DNA of 56,198 nucleotides from an uncultured Bacilli bacterium (GTDB lineage Bacteria; Bacillota_I; Bacilli_A; RF39; UBA660): NCBI GenBank assembly GCA_947601485.1, contig CANQGF010000001.1, positions 1 to 56,198 of the forward strand, read 5' to 3'. Shown piece by piece: positions 1 to 6,541 of this stretch (position 1 is its first letter; each line of letters starts with the position of its first letter). The notes under the pieces were generated by a model. It saw only the letters and a program-made list of their open reading frames with translations, ran no database searches and was not told where the DNA came from. The position numbers and the translations under genes were made by a program.

Positions 1-73
<73 letters not shown>

Positions 74-83
74 TTTTGTTTTT

Positions 84-159
84 GGCCAGTTGGTGAAGCG
101 GTTAACACACATGCCTTTCACGCATGCATTCACGGGTTCAAATCCCGTACTGGTCACCA
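84..159 (+). tRNA. tRNA-Glu (anticodon UUC)
   Basis: 76-nt cloverleaf. Acceptor ggccagt/actggtc, anticodon stem catgc/gcatg with loop ct-TTC-ac, T-loop ggttcaaatcc, encoded CCA. Confidence 0.93.
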
Positions 160-170
160 TTAAAAAATCA

Positions 171-197
171 AAAAGCCTTTATTTCGGGCTTTTTTAT
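171..197 (+). terminator. Intrinsic terminator after the tRNA pair
   Basis: aaaagcc (171-177) pairs with gggctttt (186-193), followed by a T-run. Confidence 0.6.
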
Positions 198-263
198 ATT
201 ATTTTATTGCAAATAAATAATGGTTATTTATTATATATTCTTAATTTTTTTTATAAAATTTAT

Positions 264-292
264 TCGACAAATTCCGATATATATATTATAAT
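264..292 (+). promoter_or_regulatory. Sigma-A type promoter of the small-toxin transcript
   Basis: TCGACA (264-269), 17 nt, TATAAT (287-292). The predicted +1 at about 299-300 coincides with the first base of the long 5' pairing arm. Confidence 0.5.
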
Positions 293-378
293 TAGCTTTA
301 GAGATACACTTGATTGTTTGGTGTTTTAACCTCGGTCCGCATTTACTTGTTTAGTTTATACGGATAGGAGGTGGTCCT

Positions 379-498
379 ATGAAGGGATATCTTAATGGAA
401 TATTTAATTATTCTAGCTATTATTATTTATTTAATAAACGCAAAAGATACTCACAACAAGGATTAAAAAAAGAACACCTAATCAGCATTTATGATTAA
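379..498 (+). CDS. 39-aa leader-type small ORF (MKGYLNGIFNYSSYYYLFNKRKRYSQQGLKKEHLISIYD)
   Basis: ATG lies 7 nt after a perfect AGGAGG (366-371). No recognisable family. It may only provide translational coupling to the overlapping hydrophobic ORF. Confidence 0.3.
   Translation: MKGYLNGIFNYSSYYYLFNKRKRYSQQGLKKEHLISIYD
395..466 (+). CDS. Candidate type I toxin peptide, 23 aa (MEYLIILAIIIYLINAKDTHNKD)
   Basis: Hydrophobic helix plus charged tail. AAGGGA sits 7 nt upstream. Overlaps the leader ORF out of frame. Its stop codon abuts the terminator of the antisense RNA, the same geometry as the modules at 40.3 and 40.7 kb. Confidence 0.45.
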   Translation: MEYLIILAIIIYLINAKDTHNKD

Positions 499-617
499 GG
501 TGTTCTCCACCAAAATTATTGGACCGAGAAACACCTAGCTCAACAAAATCAAGTGTATCTCTTTTTTTGTCCTTAAAATAGGATAGAATAAATTTCTTCC
601 TACTAATATTATATATC
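465..617 (-). ncRNA. Candidate antisense (antitoxin) sRNA convergent with the toxin mRNA
   Basis: Minus-strand promoter: TTGATA (652-647), 17 nt, TAATAT (629-624). Minus-strand intrinsic terminator: agaacaccttaatc/gattaggtgttct (506-471) plus a T-run (471-465). Complementary to roughly the last 100 nt of the toxin mRNA. Confidence 0.45.
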
Positions 618-699
618 AACTTGATATTAAAATGCAATTAAAATAATATCAACCTAATATTAATTAGTAAAAATATTATACACCAAATAATTTTAAAGT

Positions 700-737
700 C
701 AAATAAAAAAGAGCTAGCTCACTCAAGAACTAGCTTA
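700..737 (-). terminator. Minus-strand intrinsic terminator
   Basis: agctag (735-730) pairs with ctagct (717-712), followed by a T-rich run (complement of aaataaaaaa, 701-710). It starts at the stop codon (737-735) of a start-less open frame. Confidence 0.55.
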
Positions 738-936
738 TTTTAAATATTGGTTTGAGCCTATTCTAATCCAGTTTCCACATGTTTCTAAAGCTGCAACTAC
801 ACAATGGTTAGGAATAGTCCTTACTATAGTTCCGTTTGGTGTTCTTCTTTCGTTCAAACTATTACAATTAAAGACGTATTTTATACCTAAGCCATTGTTG
901 CTAAGTGCTGGTGTTGGTCACCAAAAAGTTATCAAT

Positions 937-961
937 AACTCGGAAATGCTTCCGAGTTTTA
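937..961 (+). terminator. Orphan hairpin plus T-run (terminator-like)
   Basis: aactcggaa-atgc-ttccgagtt followed by tttt. No + strand gene lies upstream, so it may end an unannotated RNA. Confidence 0.4.
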
Positions 962-1023
962 ATATAGCGGAAATGGTTCCCTTCTTTTTCAAAAATTGTT
1001 ATAATAAATCTGGTGAAGTAATA

Positions 1024-1317
1024 ATGAAAAATAAATATCAAAGGATGAGTAAAGAAGAAAAAAAGAAATTACAAAATAAATTTAAACAAAGTGCTTATGG
1101 TCAAAACTTACTATTTCGTTTAAAAAGATTATTAATTATAGGCATTGTTGGCATTTGCTTTTCTTTACTAGAATTTGGAGTGGCCTTTTTTAATAAAAAA
1201 GATATCTGGGATTTAATAAGTGGTAGTATTCTTTTCATCATTTCCTTAATTTTTATTATTGGTAGTATTAGAACAAAAAGTAAAAAACTTAATGAGTTTG
1301 CTCTAAAACAAAAATAA
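1024..1317 (+). CDS. Small membrane protein (97 aa), unknown function
   Basis: ATG at 1024 after ggtgaag. Lys-rich N-terminus followed by two hydrophobic helices. The tracked ORF start at 895 overlaps the hairpin at 937-961 and has no RBS. Confidence 0.7.
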   Translation: MKNKYQRMSKEEKKKLQNKFKQSAYGQNLLFRLKRLLIIGIVGICFSLLEFGVAFFNKKDIWDLISGSILFIISLIFIIGSIRTKSKKLNEFALKQK

Positions 1318-1324
1318 TTCTTCT

Positions 1325-1350
1325 CTATCCTATTATTAGGATAGTTTTTT
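1325..1350 (+). terminator. Intrinsic terminator
   Basis: ctatcct (1325-1331) pairs with aggatag (1338-1344), then T6. Confidence 0.7.
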
Positions 1351-1363
1351 CATATATTTTAAT

Positions 1364-1741
1364 ATGAATAATAATATTGCCCAAAAATTAAAAGAAACTG
1401 CTATCGAAGACATAATTTGGCTTGTCTATTTTTTTATCATTGTGGCAAATCTATATTCCAATTATCTAGAACGAGATTATATTAAAAATCATAATCTTAA
1501 AAGTCGAGATTTATTTCGCAATATTAATCAGTATGTTTTAATAATAGCTTTTATTATTTATCTTTACTTTGTTTATCAAAGTTATAATTCTATTCGTAAT
1601 TTAAAAGAAAATGCATCCCAAAAGAAAGTTTTCTTAACGCATTTAACTTTAATCTCTGCTATTTTATTTTTAATCGCCGGAGCTTTAAACATTTTTATTC
1701 AAAATAATAGCGTATTTGACGATGAAATTGGTCTAGTTTAA
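1364..1741 (+). CDS. Small membrane protein (125 aa, about 3 TM helices), unknown function
   Basis: ORF with hydrophobic segments (IIWLVYFFIIVANLY, VLIIAFIIYLYFVY, LTLISAILFLIAGALNIFI). Immunity-protein-like size, but no family recognised. Confidence 0.7.
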   Translation: MNNNIAQKLKETAIEDIIWLVYFFIIVANLYSNYLERDYIKNHNLKSRDLFRNINQYVLIIAFIIYLYFVYQSYNSIRNLKENASQKKVFLTHLTLISAILFLIAGALNIFIQNNSVFDDEIGLV

Positions 1742-1806
1742 TACTTTTTTGCTAATAGAGGAATTAATGTGCTATAATCTAAAATAAAGAATAGAGGGTG
1801 CATTTG

Positions 1807-2526
1807 ATGATTAGATTCATCATCGTTGATGACAAATTAGAATATCAAAATAGAATTAAGAGAATTATTAGACAAACAGTATTTTCTAAAGAAAAAAGAA
1901 TTGAAATTAAATGTTTTCGTAAATATTGTCCGGAATTACAAAAAATAATTGCCGATAATTCGCAACGGAAAGTCTATTTATTAGATATTGATTTAGAAAC
2001 AAACATCTCGGGAATAAATATAGCTTTAAAAATTCGCGAACATGATTGGGATAGTGAAATAATTTTTCTAACTTGTTATCAAAATTATTTTGAAAAAGTA
2101 TATAGAAATATATGTAAGGTTTTTGATTTTATAGAAAAACATAAAGAAATGGAAGCGCGTCTTACTAAAGATATCAAAAAAATTATTAGCCAAAAATATG
2201 ATATTTCCATGTTTAAATATACTAATAGACAAGTAGACTTACAATTATATTTAAAAGATATACTATATATTTATCGAGATACTGTCGAAAGAAAATTAGT
2301 AATAATTACGTCTAATAATAGTTTTAAAGTTAATAAAAATTTAAAAGAAATAATTAAAGAATTAGATAAACGTTTTATTCGCACTCATCGTTCTTGTGTA
2401 GTTAATAAAGAACATATCAGACTTTTTAAATGGAACGAAGGTAGTTTTGTTTTAGATAACAAAAAAATTGTTCCTTTGCTTTCTAAAAAGTATAAAGAAC
2501 AAATTTTAAAGGAATTAAGCAAATAA
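1807..2526 (+). CDS. LytTR-family response regulator (AgrA/ComE-like), orphan
   Basis: Receiver domain (IIVDD, acceptor Asp in LLDIDL, conserved T and K) plus a C-terminal LytTR DNA-binding domain (FIRTHRSCVVNKEHI). ATG at 1807 after AGAGGGTG. Promoter TTGCTA..TGcTATAAT at about 1749-1777. No histidine kinase nearby. Confidence 0.85.
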   Translation: MIRFIIVDDKLEYQNRIKRIIRQTVFSKEKRIEIKCFRKYCPELQKIIADNSQRKVYLLDIDLETNISGINIALKIREHDWDSEIIFLTCYQNYFEKVYRNICKVFDFIEKHKEMEARLTKDIKKIISQKYDISMFKYTNRQVDLQLYLKDILYIYRDTVERKLVIITSNNSFKVNKNLKEIIKELDKRFIRTHRSCVVNKEHIRLFKWNEGSFVLDNKKIVPLLSKKYKEQILKELSK

Positions 2527-2531
2527 TCAAT

Positions 2532-2897
2532 TTATTCATCTTTATTTTTTAAATCTTCAAAAGCGTTATATAATCTATTAGGTAGCGGCAATCCCATAGC
2601 TTTCCAATTTTCTAAAATAGATATACCTTCATTAGCAATGAAAAAATAAATAACCATCGTTCTAACTGCTCCACTATCCCCTAATATTTTATCAATAATA
2701 AATGACAAAGAAATAATAATTAAATAACCAACTTTTTTAATAATTCCTTTAAAACCAAAGGCACTACTTAATTTTTTAGCTTTTATTGCTTTAATTAAAC
2801 CAGTAATAAAATCTAAAATTAATACCATTAATAAAGCTTTAAGATGTCCGTCAAACTTTCCAGTAAACTGAGAAATTAATAAAATGAAATTACGCAT
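2532..2897 (-). CDS. Holin, phage_holin_4_1 / toxin-secretion (TcdE-like) family
   Basis: 121 aa with 3 TM helices. Family motifs LILDFITGLIKA, SS..G.KG..KK and IANEGISILEN..AMGLPLP. RBS GGTGG. No endolysin gene is adjacent. Confidence 0.85.
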   Translation of the reverse strand: MRNFILLISQFTGKFDGHLKALLMVLILDFITGLIKAIKAKKLSSAFGFKGIIKKVGYLIIISLSFIIDKILGDSGAVRTMVIYFFIANEGISILENWKAMGLPLPNRLYNAFEDLKNKDE

Positions 2898-2953
2898 AGA
2901 TATACCACCTATGGTATTTTATGAACAATAAAAAAATATTAGTGGATTAAAAA

Positions 2954-3208
2954 CTAATATTTTCTTTGTTTTGTATATGTATAAGCTTTTTCTTGATTTT
3001 TATGATATTCATCTACCACCATACGATAGTTAATCCAACCTAGGCAGTTTACATCTTCATTAAAACGTTTATCAGCAAATTCCACATTACAACAACCATT
3101 TTGACAATTTAAACAAGTTTTGCCAAACATATACTTTTTAATTAAATTTCTTTCTTTAACAGGAATATTATAATATTCAATACGCTTATTTAAATCACTT
3201 CTTTGCAT
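2954..3208 (-). CDS. Cys-rich small protein (84 aa), unknown
   Basis: ORF containing CLNCQNGCCN...NCLGW. Its ATG overlaps the stop of the upstream gene (TAATG), which suggests translational coupling. Confidence 0.6.
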   Translation of the reverse strand: MQRSDLNKRIEYYNIPVKERNLIKKYMFGKTCLNCQNGCCNVEFADKRFNEDVNCLGWINYRMVVDEYHKNQEKAYTYTKQRKY

Positions 3209-4425
3209 TATTTAACCCTCCTTACTTTTTGCAATTTTATATCATCTAATTTAGAACCTAATAACTCATCTTCACCCATATTAAACATCTCTTGCATATT
3301 GAAAAGTATTCTTTCTAGTTCTTCTTTTAGATTACTCGTTTTTAAACAATCAACTAATTCTTCAAAAGAACAATTTGCAATACTTGTTTCGACCTTTTTA
3401 AAATCTTTATAATTATGCGTGTTTAGATAAGTCATCAGTTCACTAACAATATAGTGATAAAATTCTGCACTTAAATCAAGTTCTTTTAAAGAATTTGGTA
3501 GCCCAATAAAATCACTGGCTGTAAATGGTTCATCAGTAGACTCAATTTCTTGAGTGTTCTTAGTTTGGGTTTTTTTATTTTCGAAAACTAAATCTAATTT
3601 TGCATCTTGTTTTAAAATAATTAATTCTTCTCCTTTAAAACTATGAAAATAAGCTTTAGAATTACAAGGAATACTTTCATACTCTTGAAAACAACTTTCT
3701 GGGAAAAAGTCATCAATTTGGTTTTTAATATCTGCTAAAGCTACTTCTCCATCAAGCAAAATCATCCCGGCAAAGTCACCTTTCATTAATTTACAACCAT
3801 ATATATTTTTTTCCTCATTATTAGTACTTTCATAATTCCAAGAACTATATTTTTGTTTTTCATAACTATCCTTTTGAAAACCTCTAATCCACTCGTCATA
3901 ATGATAAGGGAAAATATGTCGATGTTGAAATAAACAATAATCACGATAATTAAAATCATTTTTATAATCTAACATAATGTCTTGGGAATTTCCATGATAT
4001 ATAGAAAGCTGGCGATAAGGTCCTTCTTTATATGTACTTAAGTTTTCTTCAACATGAATACAAAAATCTCCATATATCGTTTTTACATTAGTATAAAATC
4101 TTTTTAATAACACATTTTGACTTTGTTGAGCTTTTAACAAATTAGCAGCAGCCTGCGCATTAGAGATAGGTAATTTTATGTTATAGAAAGTCTCTAAAGA
4201 GTAATCTTGGGTAGGATTATAACTGGTTATTGATGCTGCAAAGTTTCCTTTTTTCCATTTATCATAAACCATATTAGCTAAACTAGCCGTAATAAACTCC
4301 TGTTGTTCTTCATCAAAATAAGTAATACTTTTTTCATCACGATTTACTATTTGAATATTTTTAAGTTTTTTGCTATCAATTTCTACCCCATAAGTTTTTA
4401 ATATTTTCTCTTTACTGGTTTTCAT
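3208..4425 (-). CDS. Hypothetical protein (405 aa), no family recognised
   Basis: Long intact ORF with an RBS (aaaggatggtagg) and its own extended -10 promoter (tgaTATAAT) upstream. Confidence 0.75.
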   Translation of the reverse strand: MKTSKEKILKTYGVEIDSKKLKNIQIVNRDEKSITYFDEEQQEFITASLANMVYDKWKKGNFAASITSYNPTQDYSLETFYNIKLPISNAQAAANLLKAQQSQNVLLKRFYTNVKTIYGDFCIHVEENLSTYKEGPYRQLSIYHGNSQDIMLDYKNDFNYRDYCLFQHRHIFPYHYDEWIRGFQKDSYEKQKYSSWNYESTNNEEKNIYGCKLMKGDFAGMILLDGEVALADIKNQIDDFFPESCFQEYESIPCNSKAYFHSFKGEELIILKQDAKLDLVFENKKTQTKNTQEIESTDEPFTASDFIGLPNSLKELDLSAEFYHYIVSELMTYLNTHNYKDFKKVETSIANCSFEELVDCLKTSNLKEELERILFNMQEMFNMGEDELLGSKLDDIKLQKVRRVK

Positions 4426-4525
4426 ATCCTACCATCCTTTTGCCTTTTAGGGCTTTTATTATATCATAATTTTTCAAAATATCTACCAAAATACCAAAAT
4501 AAAATCCCTAAATTTAGAGATTTTT

Positions 4526-5647
4526 TTATCTTGTTATTTCTTTATCCTCATCAAAATCTATTGCATAACCAAAAGTTGCTCCTTTTAATATTTCTTTATT
4601 AGTTGGATAAGTTCCGGCTTTAATCTGCCCTTCAATATTATGATTATACTCTCTCACCATAAAAGCATAGTTATCTATTCCTATTTTTTCTATTATTTCG
4701 GCTAAAATTTCCATCTTTTTGGCTCTAGGTAAAGCAGCAGGGTCCGATAATTTAGCAATCATATCTTGATATGGTTTTATATCCGTAAACTGCTTAAATA
4801 AATAAGTATAAAAATTTTCAGCATACATTTTCCATAATATTAAAGTTTTTTCATCATCTTCTTGATAAGACTTAGAATAACAATGTTTATCCAAAGGATA
4901 ATCTTTACTTCGAATAAAATCTGTAATCATTGCCGATGTTTCTGATTCAATTATATAATCTTTACCAATTATCTCAGGGACAATATTCATCATCCCAATT
5001 AATACCCACTGAAGAGCAATATCTCTATCACCCAGGTAAGGAATTATCGTAATATTAGGATTAATATTTTGTTTTCTTATTTCATCTAGATAACTTTCTT
5101 CTACTAAGATTATTGCTTTATCAGATAATTCTAATTTGTCTTCAAAATAAGTATCTTCACCTCGAACTGCTAAAATATTAGGGTCTTTTTCGTGAGCTGA
5201 AAATAAATCTATAATGACAATTGAATTACTATCAAAATTACCTTGCATATGGGAGGAGACAATTCCATTTAAACAATAATGCGTACTAGAACGATATTGT
5301 GTAGACCAAGGAATATACTCTTCTGCCTTTTTATAGGTATCTTCAATTAATTTCATCCGCTCATTATAATCTTGTAAACCATCTAGTTTTTCATTTAATT
5401 TTAAAATATAATTCTCGGCAATTTCTCTAAATTCATCATTTAATTTACAAACAAAAGGGACATTATTTATAGCATAAACTACGCCATCTTGTGGAAAATG
5501 AGGAGTAGCTCGAACTATTGCTATATCTTGTGATGTATAAAAACTTTGTTCCTTTTTTTGCTTAATTAAATCGTTCTTTTTTGCTTCCATACTATGGGCT
5601 ATATTTTCATCATTAGTATCTAATACCATATCTAATATCATAATCAA
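4526..5647 (-). CDS. Hypothetical protein (about 371-373 aa), no family recognised
   Basis: Long intact ORF. The tracked start at 5647 is TTG, and an ATG at 5641 is equally plausible (AAGGAAAAA upstream). Confidence 0.75.
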   Translation of the reverse strand: MIMILDMVLDTNDENIAHSMEAKKNDLIKQKKEQSFYTSQDIAIVRATPHFPQDGVVYAINNVPFVCKLNDEFREIAENYILKLNEKLDGLQDYNERMKLIEDTYKKAEEYIPWSTQYRSSTHYCLNGIVSSHMQGNFDSNSIVIIDLFSAHEKDPNILAVRGEDTYFEDKLELSDKAIILVEESYLDEIRKQNINPNITIIPYLGDRDIALQWVLIGMMNIVPEIIGKDYIIESETSAMITDFIRSKDYPLDKHCYSKSYQEDDEKTLILWKMYAENFYTYLFKQFTDIKPYQDMIAKLSDPAALPRAKKMEILAEIIEKIGIDNYAFMVREYNHNIEGQIKAGTYPTNKEILKGATFGYAIDFDEDKEITR

Positions 5648-5673
5648 TTTTTCCTTTTTCTTTTTAATTCATT

Positions 5674-6201
5674 TTAATTTTTACATTGTTTTAAATATTC
5701 TTCTATAGCTGCAATCATATCTGGAGAAATCACTTTATTTTTTTCATTATTAGGTATATTTTCTTTTATCTTATCTATAGCAGAATTGAGTGGAATTTCT
5801 TCAATTTTAAAATTACCAGCTTTTTCATGTTCCGTATATTTTACTCTTGATAAATCGGGTTTTTTCTCCGTTTTGATAACATAATAATATATTTCCGCTT
5901 TTCTATTTTTTCCTATTTCTGGCCAGTCCTTATTAAGAAATGTAACTTTCATAAAAGGCCTTTTTATTTCCTTATCTTCTAATATTATTCCAGTTTCTTC
6001 TAAAATCTCTCTTTTTAAACCTTCATTTAAGGTTTCTCCTTGTTCTAAATGCCCACCAGGAAACTGGAATATCCCATTTTCATTGCCAATATAAATAGTA
6101 TCGGAATTTATGATTAAAGCTTTTATTCTAGTAACAGTTTCCGTAATATCTTCTAAAGATAAATAATCATAATTATATATAATTTCTTTCATATTATTCA
6201 C
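5674..6201 (-). CDS. Nudix hydrolase
   Basis: Nudix box GGHLEQGETLNEGLKREILEETGI (Gx5Ex7REUxEExGU). Extended -10 promoter tgaTATAAT upstream. Confidence 0.85.
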   Translation of the reverse strand: MNNMKEIIYNYDYLSLEDITETVTRIKALIINSDTIYIGNENGIFQFPGGHLEQGETLNEGLKREILEETGIILEDKEIKRPFMKVTFLNKDWPEIGKNRKAEIYYYVIKTEKKPDLSRVKYTEHEKAGNFKIEEIPLNSAIDKIKENIPNNEKNKVISPDMIAAIEEYLKQCKN

Positions 6202-6320
6202 CTTTATTATTATATCATAGGTTTTTAGTTTCTTTTACATAGAGTTTATATCTAAAAAATTCTAAAAGTAGTATCTTTGCTCGATTAATAAAAAGTATTA
6301 TAAGTCATACTAAATAATAT

Positions 6321-6346
6321 AAAAACACACCTTTTATCAAGTGTGC
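6321..6346 (-). repeat. Copy of a recurrent hairpin element (minus strand reads gcACACTTGATAAAAGGTGTGTTTTT)
   Basis: The same hairpin plus T-run recurs on the + strand at 40522-40546, 40890-40914 and 41067-41087. At the first two of these, its loop TTGATA serves as the -35 of sRNA promoters. Confidence 0.6.
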
Positions 6347-6541
6347 TTTCTATTTTTACTCGAGTTGCGAGTTTAAAATCTATTTGGTACGTTTGCAAAA
6401 GGGATTTTACACCTTAAAGTTTAATTCATCACATTTGATAAATTAGTTATATCGCTATATTTAGCAATAAACCCTCCATTTCTTCAATACAACAAATCGG
6501 AAATTTTCAAATTTATAAATATAAAGTAAATAAGATAAATA

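Larger units (their letters stand above)
300..568 (+). other. Type I toxin-like mRNA closed by a long-range 5'/3' stem plus T-run
   Basis: The 5' arm is agagatacacttgatt (300-315), ggtgttt (320-326), ctcggtcc (331-338). It is complementary to ggaccgag (521-528), aaacacc (529-535), aatcaagtgtatctct (547-562), followed by T7 (562-568). The stem encloses an RBS and two overlapping small ORFs. Confidence 0.55.

Noticed and set aside
90-329. 79-aa ORF overlapping tRNA-Glu.
   Set aside because: It starts inside the tRNA gene, runs through its terminator and the toxin-module promoter, and has no RBS.
735-917. Annotating the 60-codon Cys-containing frame as a bacteriocin CDS.
   Set aside because: There is no ATG/GTG start, no RBS before the only in-frame TTG, and no double-glycine or Sec leader. 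It is reported as an observation only.
895-1023. N-terminal 43 codons of tracked ORF 895-1317, and similar upstream extensions of other tracked ORFs (38432, 16556, 23393, 24115, 26775, 27868, 52122, 9235, 10516).
   Set aside because: In each case, an internal ATG preceded by a good Shine-Dalgarno sequence fits the family N-terminus better. The extension also overlaps an upstream gene, a terminator or a regulatory site.
4526-5647. The 373-aa protein as an ADP-ribosyltransferase toxin paired with the Nudix gene (R ... S-S-T ... E-E spacing).
   Set aside because: The candidate R/STS/ExE residues have non-canonical spacing and context. The idea rests on a few residues only, so I cannot support it without profile or structure searches.
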